Assembly (NCBI GenBank): GCA_963775425.1
Contig: CAVZJB010000009.1
Span: 336,616-394,389 of the forward strand
Length of the DNA: 57,774 nt
DNA from: an uncultured delta proteobacterium
GTDB lineage: Bacteria > Myxococcota > UBA727 > VGSZ01
Reading direction: 5' to 3'
The stretch's first letter is position 1. Every line of letters starts with the position of its first letter. The notes under the pieces are model-generated. The model saw nothing but the letters and a program-made list of their open reading frames with translations, was not told the origin of the DNA and searched no databases. The position numbers and the translations under genes were made by a program. Below are positions 42,830 through 54,377 of this stretch, in pieces.

Positions 42830-43569
42830 CGGCGTCCGCGGCGCTCGCGTTCGGCTTCCTGCTCGTGCGGGCCACCTCCCTGTTCATGGTGGCGCCCATC
42901 TTCGGGGCCAAAGCCGTGCCCGTGCGGGTTCGCCTCGGCCTCGCCGTCGTCGTCGCAGCCTCCGCCTTCGCCCTCGTCGCGCACGGCGCCGCGGTTCGCT
43001 CCCTCGACGCCACCAGCCTGTTTGGCTCCCTCGCCAGCGAGCTGGCGCTCGGCCTCGTCGCCGGCACCGTCCCCCGCGTCTTCATCGACGCCGCCAACGC
43101 CGCCGGCCAGACCCTCGGCCTGTCCGCGGGCCTCGGCTTCGGCGCCACCATCGACCCCGTCCACGGCGCGTCGTCGACGGCGGTGGGCGAGCTCACCTCG
43201 CTGGTCGCGCTCGGCGCCGCCGTCGCCCTCGGCCTTCACCGCGAGGTGGTCGCGTGGTTTTGCGCGAGCGCCGAGCAGATCCCGCCCGGCACCGCCGTGG
43301 ACCTGTGGGGGTTCACCGACGCCGCCGTGACGGCGTCGCTGTCGTCGGTGGCGTTGGCCGTGCGCCTCGCGTTTCCGGTGATGGCCGCGACGACGTGCGT
43401 GCACCTCGTCCTGGGCATCGTGGGGCGCGCCGTGCCGCAGATGAGCTTGTCCAACGTCGGCTTCGCCGTGCCGCTCCTCGCGGGCGGCTGGGCGTTGTCC
43501 ACGTGCGCCAACGACATGGCCGCCATCGCGGCGCGCGCCGCGTTGGACGCGCTGCACCGGCTGTCCTGA
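42826..43569 (+). CDS. fliR: flagellar export apparatus protein FliR
   Basis: 247 aa from GTG overlapping the fliQ stop (GTGA). Polytopic: FLLVRATSLFMVAPIFGAKAVPVRVRLGLAVVVAASAF ... PVMAATTCVHLVLGIVGRAVPQMSL. Confidence 0.9.
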   Translation: MTASAALAFGFLLVRATSLFMVAPIFGAKAVPVRVRLGLAVVVAASAFALVAHGAAVRSLDATSLFGSLASELALGLVAGTVPRVFIDAANAAGQTLGLSAGLGFGATIDPVHGASSTAVGELTSLVALGAAVALGLHREVVAWFCASAEQIPPGTAVDLWGFTDAAVTASLSSVALAVRLAFPVMAATTCVHLVLGIVGRAVPQMSLSNVGFAVPLLAGGWALSTCANDMAAIAARAALDALHRLS

Positions 43570-43581
43570 GGGAGCGAACCC

Positions 43582-44637
43582 ATGTCGGACGCTCCGGAGA
43601 AAGACGAAGACGCGACCGAGGACCCAAGTGACCGGCGCCTCGAAGAGGCGCGGCGCGAGGGCCGCATCCCGCTCAGCCGCGAGGCGGTGCACACCGGGGC
43701 GCTGGTCATCGGCGCCGCGGTGCTCGCGGCGGCCGCGCCGTCGCTCACGACGGCGCTCGTGACATCGATGCGCGGCGCGCTCTCCTCACCGGGGCTGCTG
43801 TTTCAGATGTGCGCGCGGGCGGCGCTCCTGGGCGTCGGCGTGGTCGCGGCGGTGGCGGCGGCGGCGGTGGTCGCCACGATGGTGCAGACCAAGGGCGGCG
43901 TGTGGCCGCAGCTCCTCGTGCCCAAGGGCGATCGGCTCTTCTCGACGCAACGTCTCACGCACACCTTTTCGCGCGAAGGCGCCGTCGACATCGGCGTGAG
44001 CGGGCTCAAGGCGCTCGGCCTCCTCGCGGTAGGCCTCGCGTCGCTGCGCCCGCACCTCGGCGAGCTGCGCAACCTGTTGGTGGCGCCGGTGGCGGGCATC
44101 CTTCCGGGCATCGCGCACGTGCTCGCGGGCGTGGTCCCGCGTGTCGTGCTGGCGTTGGTGGCGCTGGCGGCGCTCGACGTGTTCCTCGTGCGACGCCGCT
44201 ACACGAACAAGATGCGCATGAAGCGCGAGGACTTGAAGCGCGAGCACAAGGAGGACGAGGGCGACCCGCAGATCAAAGGCAAGCGGAAGCGCAAGCACCG
44301 CGAGCTCGTGCAGGGGCGCGTCGCCGTCGAGGTCCCGCGCGCGGACGCCATCGTCGTGAACCCGACGCACATCGCCGTGGCCATCCGCTACCGAAAGAAG
44401 TCCGACACGGCGCCGCGCGTGACGGCCAAGGGCAAGGGGCGTCACGCCGAGGTGATGCGCGAGCTGGCGGCGCAGCACGGCATCCCCGTCGTGCGTGACA
44501 TCCCCCTCGCGCGCTTCCTGGTGAAGCGCGTGAAGGTCGGGCAGGAAGTGCCGAGCGACGTCTACAAGTCCGTCGCCGCGGTGTTGGCGTACGTCTACAA
44601 GATCACCGGCAGGGTCCCCGGCACCGGCGCGGAGTGA
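43582..44637 (+). CDS. flhB: flagellar export switch protein FlhB
   Basis: 351 aa. N-terminal TM domain. Cytoplasmic domain with the NPTH autocleavage motif (IVVNPTHIAVAIRY) and RELAAQHGIPVVRDIPLARFL. Confidence 0.95.
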   Translation: MSDAPEKDEDATEDPSDRRLEEARREGRIPLSREAVHTGALVIGAAVLAAAAPSLTTALVTSMRGALSSPGLLFQMCARAALLGVGVVAAVAAAAVVATMVQTKGGVWPQLLVPKGDRLFSTQRLTHTFSREGAVDIGVSGLKALGLLAVGLASLRPHLGELRNLLVAPVAGILPGIAHVLAGVVPRVVLALVALAALDVFLVRRRYTNKMRMKREDLKREHKEDEGDPQIKGKRKRKHRELVQGRVAVEVPRADAIVVNPTHIAVAIRYRKKSDTAPRVTAKGKGRHAEVMRELAAQHGIPVVRDIPLARFLVKRVKVGQEVPSDVYKSVAAVLAYVYKITGRVPGTGAE

Positions 44638-45253
44638 GGCGGCGCTGGGGTGCCGCAGGCTGCTTGAGAAGTGATCCAGGTAGGTGTGCCGGCACGCGCG
44701 GTGGTCCCGCCGCCGGTGCGCTGACACCGAGACGTCGAAGTGGAAGATGGAGCGGTGTCGCTGTGGCGACTTCGCAGCGGTGTGGAGGGCTCTCGTGCGC
44801 ACCGGCGGCGGCGACCACCGCGGGGAGACACTGGCCTTGGAGACCGCGACGCCGTCGAGACCGCCGAAAACGATCGGCGATGGCAGGCGATCCTCGGAAC
44901 GCTCGGCCGGGACGAAGCCGGCTTTGGCCAAGGTAGCCTCGTGCGCTTCCGCATCAAGATGACCGAGCACGACCTGGACAACAAGCTCGTCGATCGGACG
45001 ATCGGGATACCTCAAGGCGGTCCTCGACTCATCGCCGGTCGAAGGGGCGGGTCGCCTCGAGGACACGTGGAGCTTGATCGGCCGCGCGATGTCGAAGGTC
45101 GTGGGGGCGGTCGCGAGGGCGACGGGGACCGACGCGAAGGTGATCGTCGAGGGCGCGGGTCTTACGTTGCTCGAAGCGTCGAGCATCAAAGCCGCGCTGG
45201 ACGTCCATGTCGTGATCGAGCAAGCCGAGCTGCTCGACGCATGGGTTCGCTCT

Positions 45254-46183
45254 CTAGAGCGAGGCGCGCAGCGCGCGCAAGGCCGCGCCGACGTCGATGC
45301 TGATGCGGGCGCGGGGGAGGCGGCCGAGGCCGAGGGCGCGCAGGCCGGCTTCGGCGCTGTAGTAGAGGACGTCGAAGGCGGTGGGGGTCTCGGCGACGTC
45401 GATGGCGAAGCCCTGCGCGACGGCGAGGTTCTCGGCCGTGACGAGCGCGGCCAGCAACGGATCGGTGCGGTCGTCGATGATGGCCGGGTGGTGGCTGGCG
45501 ACGAGCTCCGCCACGCGTGTGGGGACGCCGTACGACCTCGCCACCGCGCGGCCGGCGTGTTCGTGGACGGCGCCGACGAGCTGCGCGAGCGCGGAGGCGT
45601 GCGGCCGCCCGAACACGTCCGGCGCGGCCGAGATGGCGCCGAGCGCGGCGCCGATGCCGGCGTCGTGAAACAGGCCCAGGAGGAAGGCGTCGAAGGGATC
45701 GGCGCCGGCGACGCGTGCGATCGCCGCGGCGGCGTGGGCGACGGCGGCGGCGTGATGCCGTGCACGCAGCGCGATGTCGGTGAAGCCGGGTGCACGATAC
45801 ACGTGCAGCTCCACCGCGGCCTCGACGACGGCGGCGGGCGCGCGGGGCCCGGCGTCCTCGAGCAGCTCCGCGACGCCGGCGCCGTCGCAGGCGTACACGG
45901 GCGAGCGCAGGAGCCACTCGACCGCACCGGCGAGCATCGGATCGCGCTCGAGGTCGCGCGCGAGCGCGGCTGTCGTCGTCCCGCCCGCGAGCGCGCGCAG
46001 CGCGGCGGGGGGCGGGAGCGCACAGCAGGGCAGCGATTCGGCGCAGGCCAGGAGCAGGCGCTGCTCCTCGACGTGATCGAGCGCGGCCGCACCCTCCGGC
46101 CGGCGATCGAGCGTGAAGGACAGCGCCGGGGGGAGGGCCGGCCACGACACGTCGAGCTGCGGGGTGGCCTCGTCGAGCGGCAT
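45254..46183 (-). CDS. HDOD-domain protein (second copy)
   Basis: Internal ATG MPLDEATPQLDVSWPALPPAL. LARDLERDPMLAGAVEWLLRSPVYA...FLLGLFHDAGIGAAL...VASHH follows the HDOD pattern. ATG overlaps the upstream gene stop (ATGA). Assignment from motif memory only. Confidence 0.5.
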   Translation of the reverse strand: MPLDEATPQLDVSWPALPPALSFTLDRRPEGAAALDHVEEQRLLLACAESLPCCALPPPAALRALAGGTTTAALARDLERDPMLAGAVEWLLRSPVYACDGAGVAELLEDAGPRAPAAVVEAAVELHVYRAPGFTDIALRARHHAAAVAHAAAAIARVAGADPFDAFLLGLFHDAGIGAALGAISAAPDVFGRPHASALAQLVGAVHEHAGRAVARSYGVPTRVAELVASHHPAIIDDRTDPLLAALVTAENLAVAQGFAIDVAETPTAFDVLYYSAEAGLRALGLGRLPRARISIDVGAALRALRASL

Positions 46184-46965
46184 CAGCGCACCAGCTCCCG
46201 CAGCGCGCCCACCTGGCAGTCGAGCTCGTCGCTCACGAGCACACCGAGGGTGAAGAGCTGCACGATGGCGTTCATGTGGGCGTCGCCCGGACCCGCGGCG
46301 CGCAGCCGCGCCGCGAGCTCGCGGTTGATGACCGCGAGATCCGCGTAGAAGGCGCGCAGCGCGCCGAGGTCCAGATCCGGCTCGGCACCGTCCTCGCGCG
46401 CGAAGTGCGCGCGCAGGAGGTGCACCGCGACCGCGCGAAAGAGCGTCTCCTGCAGCGTCGAAAACGGGAGGTGCGTTCGCCCCATGGGCTTGAAGCGGGC
46501 GAGCACGGGGCACCCGCTCGTACTCATCAACAGGCCCACCAGGCTGCGCAGCAGCTCCTGGAGGTCGGTGCTCTTTTGCACCATGCGCTCCTCGGTGACG
46601 ACGCGGACGTCGACGCGCTCGTAGGAGGCCATGCCGGAGAACGCCTCCACCAGGGGTGCGAGATCCACCGCCGCAGGACAATGTGTGTGCCGCGTCGCTT
46701 CCAGCGGACACCCGGGGCAGGGGTGGTTCGACAGCTCCGTCCACACCGGCAGGCCGCTCCCCGGCGGCGCCGCGCTCCCGCGCTCGACGTCGACGACGAA
46801 GCGCCAACGTCGCCCGTCATCCACCCGCACCTGGTATTCGACCTGGTCTCCCACGACCCCTTCATCGGCTCCCGGCGACGCGGACTGAACCTGGCGATCA
46901 GGCGCGGCCGCTCCCGCGGTGGCAGATCCGCCCGGCGGGCCCCTCGGCGCATCGAGCTGATGCAC
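46183..46965 (-). CDS. hypothetical protein with a CPGCP...HTHC Cys/His motif
   Basis: About 260 aa from GTG (VHQLDAP) chosen to avoid the Ser/Arg-rich upstream text. High GC3 from there to the stop. WTELSNHPCPGCPLEATRHTHCP suggests a metal-binding knuckle. No family recognised. Divergent from the 1110-aa signalling gene. Confidence 0.45.
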   Translation of the reverse strand: MHQLDAPRGPPGGSATAGAAAPDRQVQSASPGADEGVVGDQVEYQVRVDDGRRWRFVVDVERGSAAPPGSGLPVWTELSNHPCPGCPLEATRHTHCPAAVDLAPLVEAFSGMASYERVDVRVVTEERMVQKSTDLQELLRSLVGLLMSTSGCPVLARFKPMGRTHLPFSTLQETLFRAVAVHLLRAHFAREDGAEPDLDLGALRAFYADLAVINRELAARLRAAGPGDAHMNAIVQLFTLGVLVSDELDCQVGALRELVR

Positions 46966-47014
46966 ACCCGCCGCGCCGTGCGCACCCGGGCGGCGGGCGC
47001 GCGAAGATGGGTGC

Positions 47015-50347
<3,333 letters not shown>

Positions 50348-50361
50348 CGGGAGCGTCCCTG

Positions 50362-51722
50362 CTAGCGCGTGGGCGCTGCGCCGACGCCGAGGAAGCGCTG
50401 GGCGAAGACGTCGAGCGGCACCAGGAGCACGCCGCCGTCGAGCGCCTTGAGCCCGAGCGCGCTGCGCGGCGCGGCCCAGCCGTTCTGGCCCCAGGGGTTG
50501 CGCACGCGCACCATGCGCGCGCCGCCGGACCGTTCGACGCCGAGGACGGAGTAGGCGTGGTCCTGCGCGAGGCCGCTGTTGGCGAACGGGAGGTCCGGCG
50601 TGTCGAGCCGTGTCCACCCGACCATCACCTCGCCGCGCTGCTGGCGCTTCTCGAGCGCGCTCCCCAGAGCGTCGGCCGGCGTGACGTCGAATCGAAGTGT
50701 CGGCCGGCGGCGCCGAGGACGGCCTCGAAGGCCTCGAAGGGATACCCGGAGCGCACGGCTTCGTAGCCGCCCTTCCACGCGGCATACGCCTTCTCGACGA
50801 CGGCGAACCACAAGTCGCCGCTCGCGCAGGAGCCGTACGCGGGCATGTTGGCGAAGCCCGTGACGTAGAAGCTGTTGTCGACGGTGACGGGCTCGGGGAC
50901 GTAGCGCTCCTGTTCATGGTCGTAGCGCTGGAACGTCACGGTGAACGTGCCGTCCTCGTTGTCCTTGATCATGTCCTTGATGCGTTGCGGGTCCACCGCC
51001 GCGATGGCGTCCATGGTGGACACGAGCCAGCAGTCGCCGATGCGCCCCTGTTTGGCCGTGGCCACGCGCGGGGAGCCGTCGGCGAAGAGCGGGCCGTCGA
51101 GCTTCTTCAGCCGCACGTTCCCCGTCGCCGCCACCGGCGGGGGCTGCGCGCCTGCGGCGAGCGGCGCGCACAAGGCCCCGCACACCTCGGCGAAGCTGTC
51201 GTTGTGGGCGCCGTCGCTGGTGGCGAGGTCGAAGACGTCGCCGGGCGCGCCGGAGACCTGCGCGTCCGCCGGCAGCCGGCCCTCGTCGTCGAGCGTGAGC
51301 ACGGCGGCCTCGCCGCTCCTGCGGTTCTTCACCTGGAGGAGCTGGCCGGGCTCGCCGACGACGGTGCTCTTGCACACGTGCGAGAAGAGGAACGTCCCGG
51401 GCTCGCCGGCGACCAGCCGCAGGCCCTGCTGGCGGACGACGGGCGGCCGGCCGTCGACGCTCTCGACGTTTTGGAGCCGCACCGCGAGCGCGCTCTTGCC
51501 CGCGCGCACCTGAAGGCGATCGCCCTCGCGCGCGGCGGGGAGCGTCACCGAGAACGTGCCGTCGGCGCCCGCCTTTGCGTGCGCGAACACGTCGGGCGTG
51601 TCGGCCGGGGCGAAGGGCGCGAGGCTCTTGTTTTCGACGACGACCTCGCTGTCGGGCGCGACCTTGCCCTGGGCGACGACGACGCTGCCTGTCTTTTTGA
51701 ACCCGAGCTTGTCGATGGTCAT
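50362..51722 (-). pseudogene. calpain-like (peptidase C2) cysteine protease gene interrupted by a 5-bp tandem duplication
   Basis: Frame A from ATG 51722 (MTIDKLGF...) contains the catalytic-Cys context KQGRIGDCWLVSTMDAIAA. Frame B (50811-50362) contains the catalytic His/Asn contexts AQDHAYSVLG and VRVRNPWGQNGW. The two frames meet at CACTTCGATTCGACGTC (minus-strand reading, near 50685-50700), where TTCGA is duplicated. Removing one copy gives continuous ...GRHFDVTPADAL.... Confidence 0.6.
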
Positions 51723-52078
51723 CGCTGCGCTCCCGTGATGAGCGCGCGCTCGATCTCTTCGAGCGCGTACGTGTCCGGACCGTAGCGCCCGAGGACGGCG
51801 TCCTTGTCGTCGATGAGGAACGGCCCGCGGACGCCGGGCGTGAGCGCGTAGCTGCCCGCGGGCTTGGTGGCGACGATCTCCTTGTCGGCGTGGCCGCGCA
51901 GGACGCGCGAGACGGCGACGTGCACGCGCTGCGGCGGCCGGTCGGGGGCGGCGTCGACGGCGGCACCGCGATCGTCCTCGGGCCAGGGAGCGAGGTCTTC
52001 CACCGACCGCACCACGCCCACGACGATGAGCGCGGCTTGGGGCAGGACCTCCTCGATCGGATCGGGGGGCAGGGCCAC
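51719..52078 (-). CDS. hypothetical small protein upstream of the calpain-like gene
   Basis: 119 aa from in-frame GTG (VALPPDPIEEVLPQAALIVVGVVRSVEDL...). High GC3. Stop overlaps the calpain-like ATG (ATGA). The longer ORF-track reading would overlap the divergent ung start. Confidence 0.4.
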   Translation of the reverse strand: MALPPDPIEEVLPQAALIVVGVVRSVEDLAPWPEDDRGAAVDAAPDRPPQRVHVAVSRVLRGHADKEIVATKPAGSYALTPGVRGPFLIDDKDAVLGRYGPDTYALEEIERALITGAQR

Positions 52079-52154
52079 GCCGCACTCTACCTGCGCCGGC
52101 GGCTGCGGCAATGTGACTTCGGCCGCTGTCCGGTGCCCGGGATACAATGGCGGG

Positions 52155-53087
52155 ATGCCGCGCATCGCCCGCACCGAGGACGTCATGGCGCGCGTGCGCG
52201 CCTCGCTCCTGGCCGAGCACGCGCCCAAGAAGGCCACGGCCGCGGCGGAGAAGCTGGTCTCGGAGATCGACACCGTCGGGAAGGGCAGGCTGTCCATGGC
52301 CGAGGTGCGCGCCATCGCCGCCCGGGACGCCGACGTCGGCGTCCACGTCGCGCGCGCGTACGAGCTCATCACGGGCCGGCACGTCGACATCGAGCCGAGG
52401 CTCGGCGCGCTCGCGAGCCGCATCCCTGCAGACTGGCGAAAGGCGCTCGCGGGGGAGATGGACAAGCCCTACTTCAAGGAGCTCGAGCGCTTCGTCGCCC
52501 GGGAGCGAAAGCACGTCCACGTCGAACCGCCGCCCGGCGAGGTGTTCGCGGCGCTCGCGCGCACGCCGCTCAAGAAGGTGCGGGTGGTGTTGCTCGGCCA
52601 GGACCCGTACCCCACCAAGGGCAACGCCTGCGGGATGAGCTTCTCGGTGCCCACGGGAAAGCCCATCCCGGCGTCGTTGAAAAACATGCTCAAGACCGCT
52701 CACGCCGACGTCGGCACCACGGTTCCGAACAACGGCGACCTCGGACCGTGGGCGGACCAGGGCGTCCTGCTCCTCAACACCATCCTCACCGTGCGCGAGG
52801 GCGAGCCCGACTCGCACAAGGACCATGGCTGGGAGCAATTCACCCAGGCCATCCTCGACAAGGTGAACGCGCAGAACAAGCGCGTGGTGTTCCTCCTCCT
52901 CGGGAAGCAGGCGCAGGCGGAGGGCGCCCACGTCGACACCGCCAAGCACGTCGTGGTCACGGCGCCGCACCCCTCGCCCATGGTTCCCGGCAACCCCTTC
53001 GGCAAGACGCACGTCTTCTCCGACGTCAACAACGCGCTCTCCGACGGCGGCCGCGGCACCATCGACTGGCAGCTCCCCGACGCCTGA
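52155..53087 (+). CDS. ung: uracil-DNA glycosylase (family 1 Ung) with a ~90-aa N-terminal extension
   Basis: Internal ATG MPRIARTEDV. Core has W-R-x-A-L...KPYFKEL, the water-activating loop GQDPYPTKGNACGMSFSV (GQDPYH family motif) and the HPSPMVPG leucine-loop region (HPSPLS). Confidence 0.85.
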   Translation: MPRIARTEDVMARVRASLLAEHAPKKATAAAEKLVSEIDTVGKGRLSMAEVRAIAARDADVGVHVARAYELITGRHVDIEPRLGALASRIPADWRKALAGEMDKPYFKELERFVARERKHVHVEPPPGEVFAALARTPLKKVRVVLLGQDPYPTKGNACGMSFSVPTGKPIPASLKNMLKTAHADVGTTVPNNGDLGPWADQGVLLLNTILTVREGEPDSHKDHGWEQFTQAILDKVNAQNKRVVFLLLGKQAQAEGAHVDTAKHVVVTAPHPSPMVPGNPFGKTHVFSDVNNALSDGGRGTIDWQLPDA

Positions 53088-53197
53088 CGGGGATTCGTTC
53101 GCACCGCGGCCGCTCCAACGGTCACGGTCACAATTCCCCTTGTCCCGCGATGTGGGCGTGTTGCAGAGCGACAAAGCTGCATGCGACGTTTGCGTCG

Positions 53198-53677
53198 ATG
53201 ACGCCGCGCGCTCTCGCCCACAGCCTCCTCGCGCAATGCAACGAAGAGATCGCGCGCGGCATCCATCCCCTGATGTGCACCGTGGTGCCGGCCTACACCC
53301 GGGTGGACCGGGACGCCTCGCAGCGCGCGGCCGCGGCCATGCTCCGGAGCCTCGCGGGCTTCCTCAACGACGGCGACCTCGAGCGCATGGTGGGCGCGGC
53401 GCGGAGCCTCGTGGAGGTTCGCCGCCTCGGCGGCCTCGACAGCGCCGACATCGTGGTGCTCACCCACGTGTACCTGGCGGTCATCCGGCGCGCCTTCTTT
53501 GCGCGAGCGTCGTCGGTGCCCGAGGTCTTCGCGGCGTTCGAGGTGCTCGAGGACGTTTCGCTTCCCCTCATGCGTCGACTCGTCCAGATGATCCTGGCGG
53601 ACGACAAGCAACCCGCGCTCGGGGAAGATCTCGAGCACATCACCCTCAATGACGGCGGCTTCCCCGGCGACGAATGA
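53198..53677 (+). CDS. hypothetical protein, possibly RsbR-N-terminal/globin-like sensor fold
   Basis: 159 aa from ATG (MTPRALAHSLLAQCNEEIARG). ATG 53150 is an alternative. GC3-biased. ERMVGAARSLVEVRRLGGLDSADIVVLTHVYLAVIRRAFF loosely recalls the non-haem globin N-domain of RsbR-type proteins. Low confidence on function. Confidence 0.4.
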   Translation: MTPRALAHSLLAQCNEEIARGIHPLMCTVVPAYTRVDRDASQRAAAAMLRSLAGFLNDGDLERMVGAARSLVEVRRLGGLDSADIVVLTHVYLAVIRRAFFARASSVPEVFAAFEVLEDVSLPLMRRLVQMILADDKQPALGEDLEHITLNDGGFPGDE

Positions 53678-54191
53678 GCGTCGGCACGGCGTCCCGGCTC
53701 CTATCGCTCGCGGGCGCGGACCCTCGGGCGGAGCTTCAGCTTTCGGGTTCGCTCGCGCGATGCGCGAGACTGCCTCATCCGTGACGCCGGTGCCGACGAG
53801 GTCGAGGTAATCTCGTGCCGCGTCCGCTCGTTGCAGACGGCGTCGCCGTTGAGCTCATGGACCATGGACCCTTGAAGGCGGGACACATCGACTTCGAGGA
53901 CGGTTGGGACCTCCCGCGATGGATCGAGCGCCTTACAGTAACGAGCTCGTTTTCTTCTGGCCAGGCACGGAGCGTGGGCCCATCAAAACGGGCGTGAACC
54001 ATCGACGGAAGTACTCGAAGGCGGGTTGCGTTACGCTGCGCGTACCGACGGCGGCGGTCGTCGCGGCCAATGCGCCGTCCTCACCGCTGTTCGCGCGCGT
54101 GAACAGCGGCGCTCCCCGATCGTCGGGTGGCCGCCACACCTTGCGCGGATCTGCGACGTTCACACGCGCCCCCGCGTTCCCCATGGGCGAG

Positions 54192-54338
54192 CTACGCGAA
54201 GTCGTTTTCGAGTTGGAGGCGCTCGTCCCTGGCGTCCAGCACTGGCAGTGAGCAGATGTTGCCGTCGTCGTCGGCGTCGCCCTCGACGGAGTCGGGCGAC
54301 GTCGACGCGTTGCCGGAGTCGAAGGCCGAGCCCTCCAC
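54192..54338 (-). CDS. candidate small acidic protein (~48 aa), below the ORF-track length cut-off
   Basis: Reverse-strand reading GTG/TTG-...VEGSAFDSGNASTSPDSVEGDADDDGNICSLPVLDARDERLQLENDFA-TAG. 44 of 48 codons end in G/C, although the surrounding segment is visibly less GC-rich. Divergent from the McrB-like gene. Coordinates approximate to about 2 nt. Confidence 0.3.
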   Translation of the reverse strand: MEGSAFDSGNASTSPDSVEGDADDDGNICSLPVLDARDERLQLENDFA

Positions 54339-54377
54339 TCTCAACCCGCGGTAGGCTGCCGACCGAGGGCTCTACTG

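Noticed and set aside
45029-45223. 64-aa minus ORF MLDHDMDVQRGFDARRFEQ...
   Set aside because: Only moderate third-position bias and an Arg/Pro-rich tail. No support beyond being open.
43786-46092. 768-aa minus-strand ORF spanning flhB antisense
   Set aside because: Uninterrupted only because GC-rich antisense frames rarely contain stops. Text is Arg/Pro/Ala-rich. One stretch (IDELVVQVVLGHLDAEAHEATLAKAGF, about 44900-45000) looked protein-like, but I could not find a sensible start, stop or family, so it is left inside the unexplained-gap finding.
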